Below, one piece after another: positions 1-7,764 of a stretch of DNA of 64,000 nucleotides. Position 1 is the stretch's first letter, and each line of letters begins with the position of its first letter. This DNA comes from Anaerolineales bacterium (GTDB taxonomy: Bacteria; Chloroflexota; Anaerolineae; Anaerolineales; JABWBV01): the NCBI GenBank assembly GCA_035512695.1, contig DATKDL010000146.1:3547-67546 (forward strand). Reading direction: 5' to 3'. The position numbers were made by a program, and so were the translations under genes. The notes beneath the pieces are model-generated. The model was not told where the DNA came from and ran no database searches. It saw only the letters and a program-made list of their open reading frames with translations.

Positions 1-120
1 GGCCAGGGCCTCCCGGATCGCATCCACGGTCAACCTGCGACCATATACAAGCACCAGGTCGGAGCAGCCGGGCTCGCTCAGCAGAAGATCCACGGAGGGC
101 AGGTCGCGCAGCGAGGTCAT
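1..120 (-). CDS. selA: L-seryl-tRNA(Sec) selenium transferase SelA, N-terminal fragment (gene runs off left edge)
   Basis: Reverse-strand ATG at 120..118 opens MTSLRDLPSVDLLLSEPGCSDLVLVYGRRLTVDAIREALA. This resembles the conserved SelA N-terminus (LP-[AS]-[IV]-D-x-LL ... YG-x-x-x-x-x-x-[IL]R). It is truncated by the window edge, so it is absent from the ORF track. Confidence 0.6.
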   Translation of the reverse strand, partial: MTSLRDLPSVDLLLSEPGCSDLVLVYGRRLTVDAIREALA

Positions 121-145
121 CGTCCAGCCCGGGGAGTCCGGTCCT

Positions 146-544
146 TCAGGGGCGCCAGCCCCCGATCTCGCGCAGGCGGAAGACCGTTTCGAGGATCAGC
201 AGCCCGACTCCGATCAGGGCAGCCGTCGCAAAAGTGACCAGCCTGCCGATCTGCAGCCAGGCGAGGGCGGCGGCGTACAACCCGACCCAGGCGGACTGGC
301 GGAGGACGACCGCCTGGGTCGCGGGGATGCGTCCCGGGAAACGCCGGTTCAGGAATGCGATCCCCGGCAGCGCGCTCCCGCTGACGGCCAGAAAAAAAGA
401 GAGGAAAAAAAGCCAGCGGACCCCGGCAGCATATGGGACCGCGTTCAGGAACAGCCAGACCACGGCAGTCCACCCCAGCCCCCCGAGCACGATCGCAGCG
501 GGGACGAACTTGATCACCGGCGGGGATTGGGGAGAGGTGGACAT
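146..544 (-). CDS. small polytopic membrane protein, unknown function
   Basis: Part of ORF 146..682. Internal ATG at 544 gives MSTSPQSPPVIKFVPAAIVLGG..., with about 4 hydrophobic helices. The longer N-terminal extension reads through a palindrome and is unlikely to be real. It lies 25 nt upstream of selA on the same strand. Confidence 0.6.
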   Translation of the reverse strand: MSTSPQSPPVIKFVPAAIVLGGLGWTAVVWLFLNAVPYAAGVRWLFFLSFFLAVSGSALPGIAFLNRRFPGRIPATQAVVLRQSAWVGLYAAALAWLQIGRLVTFATAALIGVGLLILETVFRLREIGGWRP

Positions 545-570
545 GGGGGGATTGTAACAATGAACGAGAG

Positions 571-633
571 AAAAGGCGAATGGGCGAATGGGCGAATCAT
601 GCAAAAGTTCGCCCATTCGCCCATTCGCCTTTT
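571..633. repeat. perfect 26-bp-stem inverted repeat (AAAAGGCGAATGGGCGAATGGGCGAA / 11-nt loop / complement) between divergent genes
   Basis: Read directly: arms 571..596 and 608..633 are exact reverse complements. The arm contains a tandem GGCGAATG repeat. It sits between the start codons at 544 (-) and 662 (+), so it is not in a terminator position. Confidence 0.9.
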
Positions 634-646
634 CGCTTTTTCCCCA

Positions 647-655
647 TGTTATACT
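647..655 (+). promoter_or_regulatory. extended -10 box TGtTATACT, 6 nt upstream of ATG 662 (candidate leaderless promoter)
   Basis: Sequence tgttatact at 647..655. The spacing to the ATG implies a transcription start at or next to the start codon. Confidence 0.4.
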
Positions 656-661
656 CCCCCC

Positions 662-910
662 ATGGTCGATATCGAACTCCACTACTGCGTCCCTTGAAAC
701 TACACAGCGCGGGCCGTCGGTCTGGCGGACGAACTGCTCAAGGATTATGCGAAAGATATTCGCGCATTCAAGCTGGTTCCTTCAGATGGAGGGCGGTTTG
801 AATTCTCGGTGAACGGGGAGCTGTTGTTTTCCAAGAAAGAACGCAAGCGGCACGCCGAACCGGGTGAGATTCTCAAGGTTTTTCAGCGATATCTCGAAGC
901 CCAGGTGTAA
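662..910 (+). CDS. SelW/SelT/SelH (Rdx) family selenoprotein with in-frame UGA (Sec) at 695..697
   Basis: Manual translation gives MVDIELHYCVP-U-NYTARAVGLADELLKDYAKDIRAFKLVPSDGGRFEFSVNGELLFSKKERKRHAEPGEILKVFQRYLEAQV, ending at TAA 908..910. It carries the CxxU redox motif and the GGxFE..NGeLlFSKK signature of the Rdx fold. A selA fragment lies nearby. The ORF track misses it because of the TGA. Confidence 0.8.
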
Positions 911-914
911 AAAC

Positions 915-970
915 GGAAAACAATCCATAGCGGAGCCGGGCTTTGCCCGGCTCCGCTATGGATTGTTTCC
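915..970 (+). terminator. long hairpin (24-bp perfect core, 3-nt loop) after the selenoprotein gene
   Basis: Bases 918..941 and 945..968 are exact reverse complements (AAACAATCCATAGCGGAGCCGGGC / TTT / complement). The stem includes A-run and T-run ends. Confidence 0.7.
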
Positions 971-981
971 ACATCTGAAAA

Positions 982-1419
982 ATGAAAGCCCTTCTCCAAC
1001 GCGTCTCGCGGGCGCAGGTCTCTGTCAACGGGGCGGCGATCGCTTCGATCGGCGAGGGCCTGCTGGTTCTGCTCGGCGTCGGCCATGCCGATACGGCCGA
1101 AGTCGCCCGGCGTTTGGCGGAGAAGGTCGCGACGCTGCGAGTCTTTGAGGACGAAGGGGGAAAAACGAATCTTTCCGTGATCGACACCGGCGGGGCGGTG
1201 CTGGTCGTCTCCCAATTCACGCTGTATGCGGACACAAGCCGGGGCCGCCGGCCTTCCTTCACGGGTGCGGCGCTTCCGGAGCAAGCCAGGCCGCTTGTGG
1301 AAAGCTTCGCCGGAGCGCTATCGACGCTCGGCGTCCCGGTTCAGTCCGGCGAATTCGGGGCGCGTATGGAGATCGCCCTGGTCAACGATGGACCGATGAC
1401 GATCCTGCTGGAAGTCTGA
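982..1419 (+). CDS. dtd: D-aminoacyl-tRNA deacylase
   Basis: 145 aa beginning [15 protein letters not shown]...; carries SQFTLYADT and NDGPMT motifs typical of Dtd. Confidence 0.9.
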   Translation: MKALLQRVSRAQVSVNGAAIASIGEGLLVLLGVGHADTAEVARRLAEKVATLRVFEDEGGKTNLSVIDTGGAVLVVSQFTLYADTSRGRRPSFTGAALPEQARPLVESFAGALSTLGVPVQSGEFGARMEIALVNDGPMTILLEV

Positions 1420-2158
1420 CCCCACCCGCTTTCCACAGCGCGATATCGACCTGGACCCCGGCTGCGCCGAACGCCAGCGCCGTCTCGATATCCGCCTCGG
1501 TCCGGATCCCCCCGGAATAAAAAACCGGCAGGCCGGCATGGACCGCCTCCCGGAGGACCTCCAGCGCCGCCGGCCGCACCGCCGGTCCGTAGACCCGGCC
1601 GGAAACCGGGCGGCCGTGCGGTCCGGGCAGGCTGCCGCGCGGCGGGCCGATCACCAGCGCGGAGGCGCCGGCATCCGCCGCCTCCCCGGCCAGCCGCAAG
1701 ACGTCCTCCAACACCGGCCGTACCAGGACCGGCAGCTCGCCGACGGCGGACTGCACCAACGCTCGGGCGGTTTCGTCCGGCACACCGGCTTCGAGCCCGA
1801 TCTCCAGACCCGTCACGCCTTCGGTCTCTTCGCAGGCGCGCACCATCCCGAACAGTTCGTCCGGGTCACCCGAGTCCAGGTGGACGACGACCGGCAAGGT
1901 CGAACGCGCCCAGGCGTTGCCAATTGTTTTCAAAACCGCGGACAGCCCCGGATTGGGCAGGCCGCTGTGGACCAGGACGCCTCCCGGAAACGGGATCAGC
2001 TGGGCGCCCTCCGCTGCCTTTCGGACGTTCCGGCTGACCGGATTGGTGATGAAGCCGCCCAGAAAGGAGAAATCTGCGCCGCGCGGGACGGGGTTAAAAC
2101 CGAGGATCCCGGCTGCGTTGACGATCGGGGAGGTGAACGGCAGATCGATGACGGTCAT
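1382..2158 (-). CDS. dihydroorotate dehydrogenase-like TIM-barrel flavoprotein
   Basis: ORF 1382..2191 trimmed to ATG 2158 ([21 protein letters not shown]...). PyrD-like N-terminal and C-terminal ([17 protein letters not shown]) motifs. Its start overlaps the stop of the upstream methyltransferase (ATGA). Confidence 0.65.
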   Translation of the reverse strand: MTVIDLPFTSPIVNAAGILGFNPVPRGADFSFLGGFITNPVSRNVRKAAEGAQLIPFPGGVLVHSGLPNPGLSAVLKTIGNAWARSTLPVVVHLDSGDPDELFGMVRACEETEGVTGLEIGLEAGVPDETARALVQSAVGELPVLVRPVLEDVLRLAGEAADAGASALVIGPPRGSLPGPHGRPVSGRVYGPAVRPAALEVLREAVHAGLPVFYSGGIRTEADIETALAFGAAGVQVDIALWKAGGVRLPAGSSSVHR

Positions 2159-3042
2159 TTGAAGATGTAGATCCCGTCCTCGACCGGCCATCCCGCGCCG
2201 CAGGTCCGGCAGGCGAGTCCCTGGGCAGTGCGGTCGAAATCAGACCCTGAACAAGCTGGGCAGCGGAAAAATGTCCCTCCAGGTATCTGCGCTTTGGTGC
2301 GCTTTGCGAGGCTGAGCGTGAAGACGCTCGGGGTAACCTGCCACCAATCCCCGGTGAGGGACGCCAGGCTGTCCGCCGCGGCCAGCCAGCGGGCCGGTAT
2401 GATCTTTTTCAGGATCCCGATCCGGAAGTGCGAGACGGTCAGCTGGCGGCGCAGATCGAAACCGGTGGTTTCGAGCCAGCGGCGCATGGTCCGGGGATGG
2501 AAATTGAAGTTCAGTTCGACGAACTCGACCGGTTCCGGTGTGAACGGGCTCCAGTCCTGCAGGCGGAGGAGGTAGCGGGCGATCGCTTTGAGGTTGAGCT
2601 TGTTGGCGTATTCGAGGATGAACGCCCCACCCGAGCCCAGGGTCCGCTCGATCTCCGCCAGCGCGTTTTCCGGTTCGGCCAGGTGGTGGATCACCCGGAT
2701 CATCGTTGCGGCATCGAACAGGCCGGTGACGAACGGCAGGTTGTACACGTCGCCGGCAACGTAGACATAGCGCTCCGATCTTCCCAGCCGCTCCTGGGCC
2801 TGCTGGAGCTGGGTCACCGAGTAATCGAGCAAGACGACGCGGTCGTAACCCTTATAGCGCGGCGTATTACGCCCTGCGCCGGCGCCGGCCTCCAGCAGCA
2901 GCCGTCCCGACCCCGGCAGTAATCGCCGCAGCGCGATCGCTTCGGCAAGGTCTTCATAGGCCCGGCCTCCGGTTTCCCAGAACTCGGACTGGTAAGAAGA
3001 ACCTTCATAGTCGCAGATTTTCGGGTTTGTCTTCTCCGCCAT
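2155..3042 (-). CDS. class I SAM-dependent methyltransferase with C-terminal Trm112-like zinc ribbon
   Basis: ORF 2155..3222 trimmed to ATG 3042 (MAEKTNPKICDY...). SAM-binding motif LLEAGAGAGRNT. C-terminus has CPACSG...CRTCGAGWPVEDGIYIF. An extended -10 (TGgTATTAT) lies 8 nt upstream of this ATG. Confidence 0.75.
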   Translation of the reverse strand: MAEKTNPKICDYEGSSYQSEFWETGGRAYEDLAEAIALRRLLPGSGRLLLEAGAGAGRNTPRYKGYDRVVLLDYSVTQLQQAQERLGRSERYVYVAGDVYNLPFVTGLFDAATMIRVIHHLAEPENALAEIERTLGSGGAFILEYANKLNLKAIARYLLRLQDWSPFTPEPVEFVELNFNFHPRTMRRWLETTGFDLRRQLTVSHFRIGILKKIIPARWLAAADSLASLTGDWWQVTPSVFTLSLAKRTKAQIPGGTFFRCPACSGSDFDRTAQGLACRTCGAGWPVEDGIYIFK

Positions 3043-3072
3043 CAGCGGTGATAATACCATGCGGGAGGCTGT

Positions 3073-3125
3073 GGAAAAACGCTGTCTGCGCCGGTGCGAA
3101 GCACCGGCGCAGACAGCGTTTTTCC
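3073..3125. repeat. perfect 25-bp-stem inverted repeat (GGAAAAACGCTGTCTGCGCCGGTGC / GAA / complement) between divergent genes
   Basis: Arms 3073..3097 and 3101..3125 are exact reverse complements. It lies between start codons 3042 (-) and 3138 (+). Confidence 0.9.
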
Positions 3126-3137
3126 GGAACCCTGACG

Positions 3138-4340
3138 ATGAGAAATGATTCTCTCGATCCAGGCCGGGCGCGGGGCAAACCGCACACCGGTTTGCTGATC
3201 TTTTTCCTCCTGGTCCGGACATTGGTGAACACCGTTCACCGGATGGTCTACCCTTTTCTGCCGGTCCTGGCCAGGGCCTTTGGGGTCAGCCCGGCGGCGC
3301 TGTCGGCGGCGGCCTCGGTGCGCTCGCTTGCCGGGCTGGGGAGTATCTTTCTCTCACGCTATACGGACAGCCGGGGGCGGAAGTTCGGGATGCTGCTCGG
3401 GAACGCCCTCTTCTTGAGCGGGATGGCCGTCATCGTCCTGTGGCCTTCCTTCCCGAGCTTTATCCTCGGATTGGGCCTCTCCTCCCTTGGGAAATACGTG
3501 CTGGATGCGGCCATCTATGCCTTTGTCGGGGACGAGATCCCGGCGAACCGGCGCGGACGGGCTTTTGGGATCATCGAGCTCGGCTGGTCGTTGAGCTACC
3601 TGGCGGGAATTGCCGGCGTGCGGGTCCTCCTGGAGCGGTCCGGCTGGCTGGCGCCATTCCCGATCCTGGGTGTATTAGGAGTGGTGGCCTGGGCCGGTTT
3701 TGTCGTGCTGGTGCCGGCGGGACGGCGCACGGCGGCGCGGCCGGATCCGATCCGGGTCGGGGTGGGGGCGATCTTACGGAACCGGGCGGCCGTCCTGGTG
3801 CTGCTGGTCAGCGTGGTGATCAATGTGGCGAACGAACTGGTCACCCTTGTATTTGCGGTCTGGCTGGAGGACAACTTCGGGTTTGCCCTGGCGGGATTGG
3901 CCGGTGCGGCGCTTGTGATCGGGTTCGCCGAGCTGTCGGGGGAATCGCTGGTCGGTGTGCTGACCGACCGGCTCGGTTCGCTGCGGGCGGTGCGCTGGGG
4001 GCTGCTGTTGAACTGCCTGTTTGCCTTCCTTTTGCCCCTGGTAGGACGCACCCCCGCCGGGGCGTTTGTGGGACTGTTCTTGTTCTACCTGACCTTCGAG
4101 TTCACCATCGTCAGCGGAATCTCGCTGCTGACGGAGGTCCCCACCAAATCACGGGCGACGCTGATGTCGTTCAACGTCGTCTGCGTGTCGGTGGGGCGGA
4201 TCGTGTCCGCCTGGGCCGCGCTGCCGATCTATACGTTCGGTTTCGCCGCCGTCCTGGCCGTGGCGGTCCTGGTCAACCTGGCCGGCCTCGGAGCGCTGCG
4301 CGGCCTGGTGCGTGAATTAGATGCAAATAATACTGCATAA
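3138..4340 (+). CDS. MFS transporter
   Basis: ORF 3027..4340 trimmed to ATG 3138. About 12 hydrophobic helices with typical MFS loop motifs (YTDSRGRKFG, TDRLGS). Confidence 0.75.
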   Translation: MRNDSLDPGRARGKPHTGLLIFFLLVRTLVNTVHRMVYPFLPVLARAFGVSPAALSAAASVRSLAGLGSIFLSRYTDSRGRKFGMLLGNALFLSGMAVIVLWPSFPSFILGLGLSSLGKYVLDAAIYAFVGDEIPANRRGRAFGIIELGWSLSYLAGIAGVRVLLERSGWLAPFPILGVLGVVAWAGFVVLVPAGRRTAARPDPIRVGVGAILRNRAAVLVLLVSVVINVANELVTLVFAVWLEDNFGFALAGLAGAALVIGFAELSGESLVGVLTDRLGSLRAVRWGLLLNCLFAFLLPLVGRTPAGAFVGLFLFYLTFEFTIVSGISLLTEVPTKSRATLMSFNVVCVSVGRIVSAWAALPIYTFGFAAVLAVAVLVNLAGLGALRGLVRELDANNTA

Positions 4341-4434
4341 AACGTTAGTCTTGCAATAAGAATTGCGAAAAGATTGTCCAATCTCTATTAGCTGCCATTA
4401 ATCAGAACGTAATGCGCCATCTCCTTGATTTGGT

Positions 4435-4440
4435 TATAAT
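4435..4440 (+). promoter_or_regulatory. -10 box TATAAT, 7 nt upstream of ATG 4448
   Basis: tggttataat read at 4431..4440 in an AT-rich intergenic region. The ATG at 4448 opens a textbook signal peptide. Confidence 0.4.
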
Positions 4441-4447
4441 GCCGCTG

Positions 4448-5590
4448 ATGCGTAAACTTCTGCCCTTATTTTTCGCCCTCGCGGCGATTCTATTCGCCGG
4501 TTCCGTTTCCGAAGCACAGGCCCAGGAAGCGGAGCCTCACCAGGGGACGGTGATCTGTGCGCCGGGAGTCGTTGGGGATTGTGGGCCATACGGCCCGGCG
4601 GAGTATATCCGCCGCCTGGAGGCTGAAGGCGTCCGATTGCCATACGAGACCCTGTCCTACCGCGCCCCGGATATCAACCTCAACTACCTCCCATATCTTT
4701 ATGGACAGGTTGTAACCGGCAACGCGCCGGTTTACGGCAGCATGGATGACGCCGCCAGGGCTCGCAATCCGATCTACCGGATGAACGGCCAAACCCTGTA
4801 CATTTCGTACGAATACACCGACGTCGTCGACGGAATGCGAGTTTACATGATCGCACCTGGGGTCTGGATGAACGCCGTCGACGTGCACCGGATTGGGACG
4901 CCGACTTTTCAGGGACTGGAGTTCACCCGCACACCCAGGAATCCGTTCGGCTGGATCCTGACGCCAGTCGAAACGCGCACGCAGCCCGGGTATTTCTCGG
5001 GTGCCTATACCGGGCTCTGGCTGAACCGGCAGGAAATCGTCCAGGTCTACTCGATCGAATTCGTCGACGGAGTGGAATGGCTGCAGATCCGCCAGGGCGA
5101 GTGGGTCGAGAAGCGCTTCGTCGGGTTGGTGCGGCCGCGTATCCGGCCTCCGGCGGTCGAGATCGCAGACCGCTGGATCGAGATCGATCTTTACGAGCAG
5201 ACGATCGCGGCCTATGAAGGCGGCCGGCTGGTCTTTGCGACGATGATCTCGAGCGGGATCGAACCCTTCTGGACCCGACCGGGGTTGTTCCAGATCCAGG
5301 AAAAGCTCGAGACCACGCCGATGAGCGGCAGCTTTGAAGCCGATCGTTCGGATTATTACTACCTCGAAGATGTCCCGTGGACGATGTATTACGACGAGGC
5401 CCGCGCCCTACATGGAGCTTACTGGCATACCGGCTACGGCTATCCGCGCTCGCACGGCTGCGTGAACCTCTCCCCGGGCGACGCGCACTGGTTGTACGAA
5501 TGGGCCGAGGTGGGGGACTGGGTCTACGTCCACGATCCATCCGGGCAGACGCCGACGGATCCGTCTCTGTACGGGTCGGGCGGGGCATAG
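4448..5590 (+). CDS. secreted L,D-transpeptidase (YkuD domain)
   Basis: ORF 4412..5590; preferred start is 4448 (MRKLLPLFFALAAILFAGSVSEAQA signal peptide). Catalytic motif HGAYWHTGYGYPRSHGCVNLS. Confidence 0.85.
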   Translation: MRKLLPLFFALAAILFAGSVSEAQAQEAEPHQGTVICAPGVVGDCGPYGPAEYIRRLEAEGVRLPYETLSYRAPDINLNYLPYLYGQVVTGNAPVYGSMDDAARARNPIYRMNGQTLYISYEYTDVVDGMRVYMIAPGVWMNAVDVHRIGTPTFQGLEFTRTPRNPFGWILTPVETRTQPGYFSGAYTGLWLNRQEIVQVYSIEFVDGVEWLQIRQGEWVEKRFVGLVRPRIRPPAVEIADRWIEIDLYEQTIAAYEGGRLVFATMISSGIEPFWTRPGLFQIQEKLETTPMSGSFEADRSDYYYLEDVPWTMYYDEARALHGAYWHTGYGYPRSHGCVNLSPGDAHWLYEWAEVGDWVYVHDPSGQTPTDPSLYGSGGA

Positions 5591-5592
5591 GC

Positions 5593-5675
5593 GGAAAGGG
5601 AAAGCACACCGAAAACGAAGCGGGGCCGGGCGATTCGCCCGGCCCCGCTCTGTTTTTGGTGTGCCGTCCCTTTCC
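5593..5675 (+). terminator. long imperfect palindrome with GC-rich perfect core (5620..5648)
   Basis: Core GCGGGGCCGGGCGA / TCGCCCGGCCCCGC, with outer arms GGAAAGGG...CCCTTTCC. A TATAAT follows immediately at 5678..5683. Confidence 0.65.
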
Positions 5676-5677
5676 GC

Positions 5678-5683
5678 TATAAT
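5678..5683 (+). promoter_or_regulatory. -10 box TATAAT, 6 nt upstream of ATG 5690 (leaderless candidate)
   Basis: gctataatattttcATG read directly. Confidence 0.45.
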
Positions 5684-5689
5684 ATTTTC

Positions 5690-7708
5690 ATGCTGACAAC
5701 CCCCGAAAAAATCATTTTTGCCCTCGCCGTCCTGCTCACCCTCGCCGTCATTTACCGGGATTCAATCCGGTTGGTCAAGATCATCCGCCGCGGCCGCGGC
5801 TCGATCGACTGGGTCCTGGTCCGGAAGCGCCTGGCCGGCGTCCTGGCGAAGACCGCCGCACTAACCCCCACCTGGCGTTTGCGCCTTGGCCCGAGTTTCT
5901 TCCACGCCCTGGTGGCCTGGGCGTTCATGTATTATCTGCTGGTCAACGCCGGGGACGTTTATGAGGGCTATTTCGAAGGGAGATTCCTGGGCACGGGGCT
6001 GATTGGAAACATCTACAGGCTGCTGGCGGATCTGCTGAGCGCCGCTGCCCTGATCGGGATGGCGGTGCTTATGGTCCGGCGGTGGATGTTCCGGCCGGAT
6101 ACCCTGACCGCCCGCGAATCGACCCTGCTGCACCCCAGGGCGCGCGCCGGGATCCGGCGCGATTCGCTGATCGTCGGGGTCTTTATCCTGGTGCACGTCG
6201 GGTTCCGGTTGATCGGGCAGTCGTTCCACATCCGGCTCGAAGGCGCGGACGCCTGGCAGCCGGTCGCCACTGCGGTCAGCGGGCTGTGGGCGGGTTTTTC
6301 CGAGCCGGCTGCCGTCGTTGGGCAGCACATCGGGTTCTGGGTGGCGCTCGGCGCGATCCTGGCCTTTTTCCCGTACCTGCCGTATTCGAAGCACCTGCAC
6401 CTGGTCTTCACACCGATCAATTTCCTGGTCACACCGGAGCGCCGATCGATCGGGGAGCTGTCGCACGTGGATTTCGACGACCCAGCGCTGGAGTCGTTTG
6501 GGGCGACCCGGTTGGAGGACCTGGGTTTCGAGCAGATCGTCGATGCCTACGCCTGCATCATGTGCTACCGCTGCCAGGAGGTTTGCCCGGCTTATGAGAC
6601 CGGCAAGGTCCTCTCCCCCGCGGCCCTGGAGATCAACAAGCGCTACTTCCTGAACCAGGAAGGGGCGAAGCTCGCCGCCGGCGCCGATAGCAGCCAGACC
6701 CTGATCGAATTCGCCATCCCGACCGAGGCCGTCTGGGCCTGCACGGCCTGCGGCGCTTGCATCGACATCTGCCCGGTCGGGAACGAGCCGATGCGGGACA
6801 TCCTGGATATCCGCCGTGCCCTGGTCCTGATGGAAAATTCGTTTCCGGTTCAGCTTCAAACCGCGTATCGCGGGATGGAGCGCAACGCCAACCCGTGGAA
6901 CGTCCCGCCTGCCGAGCGGGTCAAGTGGGCTGAGGGGCTTGACGTACCGACGATCGAGCAGAACCCGGAGGCCGAGATTTTGTGGTGGGTCGGCTGCGCG
7001 GCGGCGACCGATGTGCGGGCCCAAAAGACAGCCCGCGCCTTCGCCGAGATCCTGAACAAGGCCGGGGTCAGCTTCGCCATCCTGGGGCAGGGGGAGGCCT
7101 GCACGGGCGACGCCGCCCGGCGCACCGGCGCCGAGCACATCTTCTTCGAGCTGGCGACGGCCAACGTCGAGGTGCTGAACGAAGTCACGGCGGATGGCGG
7201 TCCAAAGCGGATCGTCGCCGCTTGCCCGCACTGCCTGCATACCTTGATGAACGAATACCCGGCTTACGGGGGGCACTATGAAGTCATCCACCACACCCAG
7301 CTGATCAACGAGCTGGTCGGCGCCGGCCGGCTCAAGATCGATGCACAGAAGATGATCGACGGGGTCACTTTCCACGACCCCTGCTATCTCGGCCGCCAGA
7401 ACGGGATCGTGGATGCGCCGCGCATCGCCCTGGACGCGGTATCGACCGGCCAGGTTGAAATGGCGGCGTACGGGGAGAAGTCCTTCTGCTGTGGGGCCGG
7501 GGGCGGGCAAGCCTGGAAGGAGGAGGAGCACGGAGACGTTTCCGTCAACGCGACCCGCTTCAAACAGGCCCAGTCGACCGGAGCGGGGACCCTGGCCGTC
7601 GGCTGTCCGTTCTGCATGATGATGCTGACCGACGCGGCAAAGGACGCCGCGGGCGAGATGCAGGTGAAGGACGTGGCGGAGATCGTGGCCGAATCTCTCC
7701 TGTCATAA
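5690..7708 (+). CDS. membrane-bound (Fe-S)-binding oxidoreductase: NarI/DsrM-like N-terminal helices fused to a 2x[4Fe-4S] + two CCG-domain HdrD/DsrK-like module
   Basis: 672 aa. The N-terminal TM region has 4 conserved-looking His residues. Ferredoxin motifs CIMCYRCQEVCP and CTACGACIDICP. Cys-rich CCG-type motifs (WVGC..., CPHC, DPCY, FCCG, GCPFC). Confidence 0.75.
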   Translation: MLTTPEKIIFALAVLLTLAVIYRDSIRLVKIIRRGRGSIDWVLVRKRLAGVLAKTAALTPTWRLRLGPSFFHALVAWAFMYYLLVNAGDVYEGYFEGRFLGTGLIGNIYRLLADLLSAAALIGMAVLMVRRWMFRPDTLTARESTLLHPRARAGIRRDSLIVGVFILVHVGFRLIGQSFHIRLEGADAWQPVATAVSGLWAGFSEPAAVVGQHIGFWVALGAILAFFPYLPYSKHLHLVFTPINFLVTPERRSIGELSHVDFDDPALESFGATRLEDLGFEQIVDAYACIMCYRCQEVCPAYETGKVLSPAALEINKRYFLNQEGAKLAAGADSSQTLIEFAIPTEAVWACTACGACIDICPVGNEPMRDILDIRRALVLMENSFPVQLQTAYRGMERNANPWNVPPAERVKWAEGLDVPTIEQNPEAEILWWVGCAAATDVRAQKTARAFAEILNKAGVSFAILGQGEACTGDAARRTGAEHIFFELATANVEVLNEVTADGGPKRIVAACPHCLHTLMNEYPAYGGHYEVIHHTQLINELVGAGRLKIDAQKMIDGVTFHDPCYLGRQNGIVDAPRIALDAVSTGQVEMAAYGEKSFCCGAGGGQAWKEEEHGDVSVNATRFKQAQSTGAGTLAVGCPFCMMMLTDAAKDAAGEMQVKDVAEIVAESLLS

Positions 7709-7764
7709 TCCTGTAAGAACTGCCCGCTACACTGGGGAGAGACCAGAAAAAGGAGACCCTCTCG

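Noticed and set aside
3027-3222. Near-identical peptide (KNAVCAGA-HRRRQRF) appearing in ORFs on both strands
   Set aside because: This is an artefact of both extended ORFs reading through the same perfect palindrome (3073..3125). The real starts are 3042 (-) and 3138 (+).
5861-7531. Very long antisense ORFs: 5861..7531 (556 aa), 31378..33006 (542 aa), 56949..58364 (471 aa), 58497..59975 (492 aa), 61536..63407 (623 aa), 38077..39408 (443 aa), 19118..20257 (379 aa), 12828..13922 (364 aa)
   Set aside because: All lie opposite genes with clear family motifs and are Arg/Pro/Gly/Asp-rich low-complexity translations. These are typical shadow ORFs of GC-rich DNA. No recognisable domains.
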